Part shown: one piece after another, positions 20,206 through 28,166 of the stretch
How positions within the stretch are numbered: position 1 is the first letter of the stretch
How the letters are laid out: every line of letters starts with the position of its first letter
Source: Bacteriovoracia bacterium
Lineage (GTDB): Bacteria > Bdellovibrionota > Bacteriovoracia > Bacteriovoracales > Bacteriovoracaceae
Direction of reading: 5' to 3'
DNA: 29,106 nucleotides
Assembly: GCA_046570105.1 (NCBI GenBank)
Contig: JBKHVI010000037.1
Span: forward strand, 1 to 29,106
The notes under the pieces: model-generated
Database searches by the model: none
Seen by the model: only the letters and a program-made list of their open reading frames with translations
Told to the model about the DNA's origin: nothing
Translations under genes and position numbers: made by a program

Positions 20206-21104
20206 GCGTGTGATCCTTTAATAACCCATTCTAAAATACTCATTCGTACCAAAACACCATTTTGCATTTGTTTAAAAATTCGTGATTGCGGAGCTTCAAC
20301 TAATGAATCTGCTATTTCAACTCCGCGGTTAACCGGTGCAGGATGCATAATGATCGCACTTGGTTTCATTGTCTTCGCGCGCTCAATGGTTAGGCCCCAT
20401 TCCCGGTGAAAATCTTCCGGGCTTAATTCGAATCCGATATGTCGTTCAAATTGGTTGCGCAGACACATGACGGCATCAGCTGTTTTAAGAGTGTGGGCCA
20501 AATCCGCCTGCTGACAATTCGCTGGGATGTGAGAAGGCATAAAATCATCGGGCCCGCAAAGACTGATCTGCATTCCCAGTTTTTGTGCCACTAACATCAT
20601 CGAGCCCGCGACGCGACTATGTTTTACATCTCCTAAAATCGCCACATGCAAACCTGTGAGTCGACCAAATTCCTGTCGGAGCGTGAATAAATCAAGCAGA
20701 CCTTGGCTCGGGTGTTCGTACTTGCCTGCCCCGGCATTCAGCATAGGAGTAGTAATTTTTTGGGCCAGATTATCAAAAACGCGATCGTCAGCGTGACGTA
20801 TAATCAGGGCGTCTGAGCCAATCGCTTCGAGGGTTTTGAGTGTATCGTAAAGCGTTTCTCCCTTCTTAACACTTGAGTTATCCACATCAAAGTTAACCAC
20901 TTGTGCGCCCAAGCGTTTTGCCGCCATTTCAAATGAACTTTTTGTTCGGGTACTAGGTTCGAAGAACGCACTGGTAATAATCTTGTGTAATAGGATCTGG
21001 GAAACATGTGAGGGGGGAGATTGAAGAAAATACTGCGCCCTATTGAGTAGCGCCTCGATTGTAGATACGGGAAGATCAGCCAGCGCAGTAAAATGCTTGC
21101 TCAC
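20202..21104 (-). CDS. pyrB: Aspartate carbamoyltransferase catalytic subunit, 300 aa
   Basis: FFEPSTRT, HPSQGLLD, GDVKHSRV, MHPAPVNRG. Start reassigned to GTG 21104, which follows SD AAGGAG (21109-21114). Confidence 0.95.
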   Translation of the reverse strand: MSKHFTALADLPVSTIEALLNRAQYFLQSPPSHVSQILLHKIITSAFFEPSTRTKSSFEMAAKRLGAQVVNFDVDNSSVKKGETLYDTLKTLEAIGSDALIIRHADDRVFDNLAQKITTPMLNAGAGKYEHPSQGLLDLFTLRQEFGRLTGLHVAILGDVKHSRVAGSMMLVAQKLGMQISLCGPDDFMPSHIPANCQQADLAHTLKTADAVMCLRNQFERHIGFELSPEDFHREWGLTIERAKTMKPSAIIMHPAPVNRGVEIADSLVEAPQSRIFKQMQNGVLVRMSILEWVIKGSHA

Positions 21105-21228
21105 AAGGCTCCTTGAGTATCGTTGTTTGGAAATAGTGAAGAGTGAATCGAGGAGTGACAGAACGGGAGACGGGAGAGACAATCATGCTCGCGTGGGAAG
21201 ATAGGATGTTGAGGCATCCTGAATTCAT
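21076..21228 (-). CDS. Putative 50-aa leader peptide (uORF) of the pyr operon
   Basis: AGAGAGGGA SD then ATG 21228; MNSGCLNILSSHASMIVSPVSRSVTPRFTLHYFQTTILKEPCEQAFYCAG; overlaps the pyrB start out of frame. Confidence 0.4.
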   Translation of the reverse strand: MNSGCLNILSSHASMIVSPVSRSVTPRFTLHYFQTTILKEPCEQAFYCAG

Positions 21229-21260
21229 AAGTCCCTCTCTTAGTTTTAGAATTTTTCCCA
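21102..21260 (-). promoter_or_regulatory. Structured pyrimidine-rich 5' leader of the pyr operon
   Basis: Hairpin 21203-21220; helix 21226-21237/21174-21187; anti-SD 21148-21155; 44 of 54 nt are pyrimidines at 21129-21182. Confidence 0.5.
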
Positions 21261-21311
21261 TATTCGCCCCAAGGTTGGCAAGGGCCGAAATCATTATCGA
21301 GGAAAAGAGTT

Positions 21312-23312
21312 ATGGCCGAGTGGAATTTGGTGTCAAAATTCAAACCAGCCGGGGATCAACCCCACGCCATCAAGGGCATTTTGGCGGGTTTTAAAGAAGG
21401 AAAAGAGCGTCAAACACTCTTAGGCGTTACCGGATCCGGTAAAACCTTCACAATGGCCAACATCATAAAGAGTCTGGGAAAAAAAACCCTCATTTTGGCC
21501 CCCAATAAAACCCTCGCTGCTCAGCTTTTTGCTGAGTTTAAGGAGTTCTTTCCGGACAACGCAGTTGAGTATTTTGTTTCCTACTATGACTATTACCAGC
21601 CTGAAGCCTACGTTCCAGGAACCGATACTTTTATCGAAAAAGATTCGGCCGTTAACGAAGAAATCGACAAACTTCGCCACGCTGCCACCCGCTCTCTTCT
21701 CGAAAGAGAGGATGTCATTGTGGTCGCCTCGGTATCTTGTATTTACGGTATTGGTTCCCCCGATGAGTATGGAGCACAAAAACTGACTTTATTTACGGGA
21801 GACAAGTGGGAGAGAGATGATTTTTTACGTGCCCTCGTAGCGATTCAGTACCAGCGCAATGATATCGATTTTAAGCGCGGTACTTTTCGTGTGCGTGGCG
21901 ATGTCGTAGAAGTCTTTCCGGCCCACGAAGACTCTCAAGTTGTTCGTGTCGAGTTCTTCGATGATGTGATTGATACGCTCTCATTAGTTGATCCTTTACG
22001 AGGACGAGTTTTACAAACCATTCCTCGCACTGTCATTTATCCTTCAAGTCACTATGTGGTAGGTGAAGCCCGTCTCAAAGATGCTCTTGGTACCATTAAG
22101 TTAGAACTTAGAGAGCGTCTGCAAGAGCTTGAGAAAGACAATAAATTGGTAGAAGCCCAGCGTTTGCAACAACGAACCTTACTCGACTTAGAGATGCTTG
22201 AAGAAATGGGTTTTTGTTCAGGAATTGAGAACTACTCGCGCCACTTTACCGGCTCTAATCCAGGTGACCCACCTCCGACGCTGGTGGATTATTTCAAAAA
22301 AGACTTTCTCCTTATCGTTGATGAGTCCCATATTACAGTTTCTCAAGTCGGTGGAATGTATCGTGGCGACAGAAGCCGCAAGCAAACATTGGTAGATTAC
22401 GGTTTCAGGCTTCCAAGTGCTCTGGATAACCGCCCGTTGCAATTTGAAGAATTCGATAAACGCTTGGATAAAGTTCTATATGTGTCGGCCACACCGGCCA
22501 ATTATGAATTGGAAATCTGTAAAGGTGAGTATGTTGAACAAATTATTCGGCCAACAGGATTACTCGACCCTGTTATTGAAATGCGAGATGCAAAAAATCA
22601 AGTGGATGATCTTTTAGTTGAAACCAGAGCAACGATTAAAAATGGTTTTCGAGTTCTGATTACCACTTTGACCAAAAAACTCGCCGAAGAACTAACAGCT
22701 TTCTATCGGGGAGCTGGTTTAAGAATTCGTTACTTACATTCTGATATTGATACTTTGGAAAGAATGGAAATTTTGCGTGATCTAAGATTGGGTGAGTTTG
22801 ATGTCTTAGTTGGAATTAATCTTTTGCGAGAGGGCCTAGATTTACCCGAAGTGGCACTCGTAGGGATCTTGGATGCTGATAAGGAAGGATTTTTGCGCTC
22901 GACTCGCTCACTTATTCAAACAATAGGTCGGGCAGCTCGTAATTCCGAGGGACGAGTGATTCTGTATGGTTTTAAAGAAACTCCAAGTATACGTGAAGCG
23001 ATGAAGATAACTGGGGAACGCAGGAAGAAGCAGGAAGAATGGAATACAGCAAATGGCATAACTCCTCTCACGGTCAAAAAAGCAGTGAGTGGGGGCGTGA
23101 TTGATATCCTTCGATCGGCCAAAAAGACTGACAAGAAAAATCAGGATAAGTTAGGCAAGAGCGACCAGGATCTTACGCCCGAGGCTATTGATGCTAAAAT
23201 CAAACAGTTAAAGCAAGAAATGAAAACGGCTGCCTCTCAATTACAATTTGAAGAAGCCGCACGCATTCGAGATGAAGTGAAAAAGCTGACGGAGTGGAGA
23301 CTATTGTTGTGA
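21312..23312 (+). CDS. uvrB: Excinuclease ABC subunit B
   Basis: [48 protein letters not shown]-terminal UVR domain FEEAARIRD. Confidence 0.98.
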   Translation: MAEWNLVSKFKPAGDQPHAIKGILAGFKEGKERQTLLGVTGSGKTFTMANIIKSLGKKTLILAPNKTLAAQLFAEFKEFFPDNAVEYFVSYYDYYQPEAYVPGTDTFIEKDSAVNEEIDKLRHAATRSLLEREDVIVVASVSCIYGIGSPDEYGAQKLTLFTGDKWERDDFLRALVAIQYQRNDIDFKRGTFRVRGDVVEVFPAHEDSQVVRVEFFDDVIDTLSLVDPLRGRVLQTIPRTVIYPSSHYVVGEARLKDALGTIKLELRERLQELEKDNKLVEAQRLQQRTLLDLEMLEEMGFCSGIENYSRHFTGSNPGDPPPTLVDYFKKDFLLIVDESHITVSQVGGMYRGDRSRKQTLVDYGFRLPSALDNRPLQFEEFDKRLDKVLYVSATPANYELEICKGEYVEQIIRPTGLLDPVIEMRDAKNQVDDLLVETRATIKNGFRVLITTLTKKLAEELTAFYRGAGLRIRYLHSDIDTLERMEILRDLRLGEFDVLVGINLLREGLDLPEVALVGILDADKEGFLRSTRSLIQTIGRAARNSEGRVILYGFKETPSIREAMKITGERRKKQEEWNTANGITPLTVKKAVSGGVIDILRSAKKTDKKNQDKLGKSDQDLTPEAIDAKIKQLKQEMKTAASQLQFEEAARIRDEVKKLTEWRLLL

Positions 23313-23656
23313 AGTGTATTTTACTTTTAATGAGTTTCTTTATGCTCAACGCTGAAGCCGTTGAAGCATTTAAAATCCAATTGCATGATCGTAAAATGAT
23401 TGTGGAGTCACCAGCAAAATCGGGTAGCATGTATGCCGTTGAGATACAAAATTTATCCATGAATGATGTGGTTGGAAAGTTTCATGCAGCAGGTAGCGAT
23501 TTGAAATTTATCAGTGTGAAGTCTAGCGAAACAAAATCAGTAGAATTCAAGACTAATGGTAAAAATGTCGTTCACTTTCAACCTCTTGCTCCTGCTTTTC
23601 AAGAAGTAGAACTTATAGCTGGTAAAAAGACTTATGAAATCCCGCCGCAGCCATGA
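23309..23656 (+). CDS. Small secreted beta-sandwich hypothetical protein
   Basis: GTGA overlap with the uvrB stop, preceded by GGAGA; signal peptide ending NAEA; beta-rich mature part with no Cys. Confidence 0.7.
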   Translation: MKCILLLMSFFMLNAEAVEAFKIQLHDRKMIVESPAKSGSMYAVEIQNLSMNDVVGKFHAAGSDLKFISVKSSETKSVEFKTNGKNVVHFQPLAPAFQEVELIAGKKTYEIPPQP

Positions 23657-24782
23657 TTGGAAAAAGCTTGTTCTCGTAATCTCTGACTTGCATCTTGGTG
23701 CAGGTAAGCAGTTGCGCGGTCGCAGAAATCTGCTTGAAGATTTTCACTTCGACACAGAGCTTATCGATTTCCTTAATTATCACTCATCAGGTGAATACGA
23801 AAATAAGTCAGTGGAATTGGTCATCAATGGAGATTTCCTAGATTTTTTGGCCGTGCCTTATGTAGAGTTTTTTGACGATGAGTTTTGGAGTGAAGAGGCT
23901 TGTCTTGAAAAGCTCCGTATTATTCTCCGGGCGCATCGTCCAGTCATGCAAGCACTCAAACAATTTGTCTCCAAGCCCAATAAAAATATTATTTACATCA
24001 TTGGCAATCATGATGCGGAATTAATTCTCGATTCCTTGAAGACAGAATTCAAGGCATTCTTTGGAAAAGAACTAGAAGATCGAGTCACAATTAGAAATGA
24101 TCTTCATACACATGTACCGATTCCTGGTGTCTATATTCAGCATGGTCACCAGTATGAGCGAGCTCATGAATTTGATCCGGATACTTCTGTCGTTGAAGCG
24201 CAAGGTGGTGGCCGGTATTTTATCCCTTCGTGGGGGTCTTATTACGTTATCAACGTGATTAATCGCTACAAACAAGAGCGACCGCATATCAATGCCGTCC
24301 GGCCGATTAAACATTTTATTATTCATGGTTTAATTTTTGATACGTTTTTCACTTTGAGATTTATTCTTTCTAATATTCATTACTATTTCATGGTTCGCTT
24401 TTGGTATTATCTAAAACTGAAAGTAGGATGGAAGAGAGTGATTGGAGATCTCATTAGAGAATTAACATTGTTTCAAGATTTCGAGACACTTACGAGAGAC
24501 TTCTTTGCTCAAAAACCTCAAGCTCGACTACTTATCGTTGGGCATACTCACAATCCAGGTTTGCGCTTGTTTACAGATGGAACTGCTTTTATCAACACTG
24601 GTACTTGGACAAAGATGGTGAACCTTGATTTATCCCAAGGGCAAGAGTCACAGTCGCTGCCATACGCGCGAATTGCATCCTTTGAAGAGAACGTTGATGT
24701 CACGCAATTTGAGAATCATGTGGAGTACGATCTGAGAGTTTGGACGGGCCTTCATAATCTTCCGTACAAGGACTTTAACTAG
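23634..24782 (+). CDS. Calcineurin-like metallophosphoesterase
   Basis: All five motifs: SDLHLG, NGDFLD, GNHD, QHGH, GHTH. Confidence 0.88.
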   Translation: MKSRRSHDWKKLVLVISDLHLGAGKQLRGRRNLLEDFHFDTELIDFLNYHSSGEYENKSVELVINGDFLDFLAVPYVEFFDDEFWSEEACLEKLRIILRAHRPVMQALKQFVSKPNKNIIYIIGNHDAELILDSLKTEFKAFFGKELEDRVTIRNDLHTHVPIPGVYIQHGHQYERAHEFDPDTSVVEAQGGGRYFIPSWGSYYVINVINRYKQERPHINAVRPIKHFIIHGLIFDTFFTLRFILSNIHYYFMVRFWYYLKLKVGWKRVIGDLIRELTLFQDFETLTRDFFAQKPQARLLIVGHTHNPGLRLFTDGTAFINTGTWTKMVNLDLSQGQESQSLPYARIASFEENVDVTQFENHVEYDLRVWTGLHNLPYKDFN

Positions 24783-25153
24783 GTCGTGAGAACAGCTCTA
24801 AGTGCTTCTTCAAATTGCACCCTGCCATAGGGCCTAAAAATTAAACCGCGCAATCCGAGACGAGCGGCCAGCCTTAAATTAGTAGGATTCTGTGCCTCAG
24901 AGATAACCAGCAGAGGCGTGTTCTTGGAGATTGATTCAATTGGCAAAGCGCCACCGGGAATCGCGTCATCGCAGACGATAACTTGAAAAGGGCGATTTTT
25001 TTCTTCAGCGTTCTTCAGTAGTTTTTCTGCTTGCTCAGCATCGCGTGCCTCAATCACATGTCGGAAGCCAATATCATCTAACAAACCACAGGTATAAGCA
25101 GCTAGTTCAGGTACTGATTGGATGACTAAAACACGCTGGAAATGAGACTTCAT
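24779..25153 (-). CDS. Atypical single-domain response regulator (CheY-like receiver)
   Basis: Receiver (beta/alpha)5 pattern RVLVIQS, GFRHVIEA, VIVCDD, LLVIS, IFRPY. Confidence 0.75.
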   Translation of the reverse strand: MKSHFQRVLVIQSVPELAAYTCGLLDDIGFRHVIEARDAEQAEKLLKNAEEKNRPFQVIVCDDAIPGGALPIESISKNTPLLVISEAQNPTNLRLAARLGLRGLIFRPYGRVQFEEALRAVLTT

Positions 25154-25159
25154 GGGTTC

Positions 25160-25168
25160 ATTCTATCA
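25160..25168 (-). promoter_or_regulatory. Extended -10 promoter, probably giving a leaderless transcript
   Basis: TGaTAGAAT, 6 nt, then ATG 25153; no SD. Confidence 0.6.
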
Positions 25169-25280
25169 GAATAGAGAACAGAAAAAGAAGTAAGTGAAAT
25201 AGTCGGGAAAGTCTAAATAATTGAAGGCTAAGGTAAATCAAATAATAAAACAAATTTTGTGAAATATAATTGCGACTGAC

Positions 25281-25307
25281 TTAAGTTCTTTTTTACAACT
25301 CCGAAAA
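25281..25307 (+). promoter_or_regulatory. Sigma28 (FliA) promoter
   Basis: TTAA-N15-TCCGAAAA, compared with consensus TAAA-N15-GCCGATAA, upstream of flagellin. Confidence 0.7.
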
Positions 25308-25348
25308 GTTGACCGTCTATCCCATACGGGAAGGCGATATTAAGACCA

Positions 25349-25430
25349 GAGCATGGAAGCTCATCTGTTTCTCAAGGTTGGGAAAAAGAATCACCAGGGA
25401 TGTGGTGAGGGATTTACAACCAAGGAGGAT
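25349..25430 (+). promoter_or_regulatory. CsrA-type binding sites in the flagellin 5' UTR
   Basis: GAGC-ATGGAA-GCTC (25349-25362) and TCACCA-GGGATG-TGGTGA (25391-25408) put GGA in hairpin loops; further GGAs overlap the SD. Confidence 0.7.
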
Positions 25431-25434
25431 TCTG

Positions 25435-26268
25435 ATGGGTTTTCGTATTAATACCAACATTGCGTCGATCTCAGCTCAGCGTAGCTTAGGGGTCAACAAC
25501 CGTGAAAGCGAGAGCAATCTCTCGAAGCTTTCATCGGGCTCACGAATTACTAAGGCAGCTGATGATGCAGCTGGCTTGGCAATTTCAGAAAAGTTGAAGG
25601 CCAACATCCGCTCTATGAAGCAGGCGGACCGAAACGCCAACGACGGTATCTCGATGATTCAAACCGCAGAAGGTGGCCTGAACGAAGTTTCTTCGATCTT
25701 GACTCGTATGCGCGAATTGGCCATCCAAACAGCTTCAGACACTGTTGGTGATGTTGAACGTAACATGACAAACATGGAATACCAGAACTTGAAGCAAGAA
25801 TTGGATCGTATTTCACAAGTGACTGAGTTCAACGGAATGAAGTTGTTGAATGGTGCTGGTCAGAAGTATGAGTTCCAAATCGGTGTTAACAATGACGAGT
25901 TCCAAGACCGTATCGGTTACGACTCTCAGATGGTCAAGGCTCGTATTGACGATTTGGGTGTTGCTGAGCTCGACGTATCTACAAAAGAAGGTTCTCAGAC
26001 TTCATTGCAGAACGTTGACCAAGCGATTGAGAAAGTTTCTGGTTATCGCTCATTCTTGGGTGCAATTCAAAACCGTTTGATCTCTACAAGTAACAACTTG
26101 CAGGTCAACGTTGAAAACATCAGCCAAGCTAACTCACGTATTCGTGATGTTGACTATGCTGACGCAACTGCACAACAAGCTAAGAGCAGCATCTTGAATG
26201 CAGCTGGTACTTCAGTATTGGCTCAAGCAAATGCTAACGGCCAAAACGCGTTGAAGTTGATTGGCTAA
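25435..26268 (+). CDS. fliC: Flagellin, 277 aa
   Basis: MGFRINTNIAS, LSSGSRI, DDAAGLAISE, NANDGIS, QTAEGGL, LGAIQNRL, SRIRDVDYA, VLAQAN. ATG 25435 follows SD AAGGAGG. Confidence 0.97.
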   Translation: MGFRINTNIASISAQRSLGVNNRESESNLSKLSSGSRITKAADDAAGLAISEKLKANIRSMKQADRNANDGISMIQTAEGGLNEVSSILTRMRELAIQTASDTVGDVERNMTNMEYQNLKQELDRISQVTEFNGMKLLNGAGQKYEFQIGVNNDEFQDRIGYDSQMVKARIDDLGVAELDVSTKEGSQTSLQNVDQAIEKVSGYRSFLGAIQNRLISTSNNLQVNVENISQANSRIRDVDYADATAQQAKSSILNAAGTSVLAQANANGQNALKLIG

Positions 26269-26292
26269 TTAGAAAATTTCCTGCAAAATTTT

Positions 26293-26320
26293 AAAAACCC
26301 GGCGAATGCCGGGTTTTTTT
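26293..26320 (+). terminator. Intrinsic terminator
   Basis: AAAAACCCGGC-GAAT-GCCGGGTTTTTTT. Confidence 0.92.
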
Positions 26321-26341
26321 ATTTAAACTTAAAGGGATACG

Positions 26342-27649
26342 ATGAAGCAGGTTGTGGGTTGTGTCTTTTCTAAAGAGTTAAATGATTTAATCGTCGCGCA
26401 ACTAAGTGCACGTAGCGATGTCAGTATCGTTTTAAAAGATGACTTTTCTGAAGTGAAGCCCTTAATTCAGCTGCTAGGTGAAGTTGACGTCTTCATCATG
26501 GAAGATGACCTTACCGGTAATTACTATCAACAAATCCCTGAAAACTTATCTGAGAAAACGTTAATCATTGGAATTGGTGATCCCAGGCATGACTCGGCAC
26601 CAAAGCTTTGTTTTCGTCCACAGGACTGGGCCAAGATACTCGAACTTATAAATGAAAAGTTAGGAAACGAAGTCCTGTCTAGCAGTCAATACGTCTCAAT
26701 GCCCATTAATCTTTTTTCACATTTCGACGAACTCAATGTCGATGTTTTCTTACAAATGACAAAAGATGGAAAACCCCATTGGGTAAGGCGATTTTTAGCT
26801 GGAGAATCAATTGAAGCAAGTGCCATTGCCAGTTATCAAAGTAAAAATGTTAAAGACTTTTGGGTCGAGAGAGATCGAGTTAAAGATTTTTCAAAAAAAC
26901 TCATTGAACAACTAGGTTCTCGCGTAAAAAGCTCGATTACCAGTGGTGTTGAGACGATTAAGCAATCCGAAGAAGTTTTTTCTTCTATCTTTGAAATAAC
27001 CCAAAAAATGGGTGTCAAAGGACAAATGATTAATATTTGTGAGGGGTGGATGACTGAGTTGGCACAGAATTGCCTGTCAGCATCTAATGATGAATTAAAG
27101 GCTTGGTGGAATAAGTTATCAACTGATCCGGCCTTGAGCTTTCATTATAAACTTGTGCGTCTTACTTCACTCTTATGTACCCAGCACGTCATGTTGACCG
27201 ACTGGACGAGTAAAGAAGAGCAGGCAAAGAAACTCAATGGTGTTGCCATGTTTGCTGATATGGCACTGACTAATCCGCTGTGGATTCATTTAAGAACACC
27301 GGAAAGCCTAAATGAGCTAACTCCAGATGAGAAATTTAATGTGTCTGGGCATGCCGCATTTTCTGCTGCCAAATTAAGTGGTGTCCCATTTGTAACTAAG
27401 GACATCGCCACATTAGTGGCCCAACATCATGGGCACCCACAAGGTGATCGCTTGCCTGAGCGAGTTTCTCCCAGCGTATCACCACTGGCGTTAGTCTATA
27501 TCTCATGTGAAGAAATGGCCTACCATACACTGCTTAAGCCTGAGCGTCCGGTTCCAGAAATTTATCAAGAATTATGTGATAAATATAAGATGACGGCGGT
27601 AAAAAATCCGTTGGAGCAAATGCCGGCCATCTTTGAATGGGCTAAATAA
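26342..27649 (+). CDS. Degenerate HD-GYP-like protein with a receiver-like N-terminus
   Basis: AMFADMAL in place of LLHDIG, then VSGHAAFSA, and VAQHHGHPQGDRLP in place of HHExxDGxGYP. Confidence 0.6.
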   Translation: MKQVVGCVFSKELNDLIVAQLSARSDVSIVLKDDFSEVKPLIQLLGEVDVFIMEDDLTGNYYQQIPENLSEKTLIIGIGDPRHDSAPKLCFRPQDWAKILELINEKLGNEVLSSSQYVSMPINLFSHFDELNVDVFLQMTKDGKPHWVRRFLAGESIEASAIASYQSKNVKDFWVERDRVKDFSKKLIEQLGSRVKSSITSGVETIKQSEEVFSSIFEITQKMGVKGQMINICEGWMTELAQNCLSASNDELKAWWNKLSTDPALSFHYKLVRLTSLLCTQHVMLTDWTSKEEQAKKLNGVAMFADMALTNPLWIHLRTPESLNELTPDEKFNVSGHAAFSAAKLSGVPFVTKDIATLVAQHHGHPQGDRLPERVSPSVSPLALVYISCEEMAYHTLLKPERPVPEIYQELCDKYKMTAVKNPLEQMPAIFEWAK

Positions 27650-28166
27650 GTGAGGCTTGCTTTCTAAGCATTGAACTCACCACGTATCTCTCATCGTTTT
27701 TAAGTCGGTATAGTAAATCTAAAATCTGCACAATGATTTTTTCACGACCTTTCGCCCAAACGAATGGGCCCAGAGGGTAATTCACGCCAAAAATCATCGC
27801 ACGATCAATATCACCTGCATTCGCTACTCGTTCCTCAAGTGTGAAGAAAGCTTCGTTTACTATCGTAGCGATAGTGCGAGGAACGACAAAGCCTGGAGTG
27901 AGTAAGTTTGATTGAATCGAGGTGAATCCTCTTTCGTGAAGTAGCTGAGACGCTTCCAGGTAATACTTTTCCGAATGGAGTTCGCATTTATTATTATGCG
28001 AGAGGAGAGTCGAGCACACCGCCTTAAGTTGAGGAAAATGACGGTAAAATTCTATAGGATCAAAACAAGTAAGATCCATTAAAACCATTTTATCAGAGTG
28101 ATCCTCGAGAAACTGGACTTTGTCTTGATAGCTTCCGTTCGAAAGATCGATGGCCCAATTATTCAT
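27642..28166 (-). CDS. 3-hydroxyacyl-CoA dehydrogenase C-terminal-type protein (second half of a split PaaH-like enzyme), 174 aa
   Basis: PGFVVPRTIATIVNEAF, DIDRAMIFGVNYPLGPF. ATG 28166 overlaps the upstream stop (ATGAATAA). Confidence 0.8.
   Translation of the reverse strand: MNNWAIDLSNGSYQDKVQFLEDHSDKMVLMDLTCFDPIEFYRHFPQLKAVCSTLLSHNNKCELHSEKYYLEASQLLHERGFTSIQSNLLTPGFVVPRTIATIVNEAFFTLEERVANAGDIDRAMIFGVNYPLGPFVWAKGREKIIVQILDLLYRLKNDERYVVSSMLRKQASLI

Noticed and set aside
21105..21182. 26-aa N-terminal extension of PyrB
   Set aside because: A strong SD precedes GTG 21104, which gives a typical 300-aa PyrB; the extension is just the pyrimidine-rich leader.
21105..21311. PyrR-binding attenuator or LexA box in the pyrB-uvrB spacer
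   Set aside because: No ARUCCNGNGAGGYU motif, no hairpin with U-tract and no recognisable SOS palindrome.
25309..25434. 42-aa N-terminal extension of flagellin
   Set aside because: The canonical start MGFRINTN with SD AAGGAGG is at 25435; the upstream stretch is 5' UTR.
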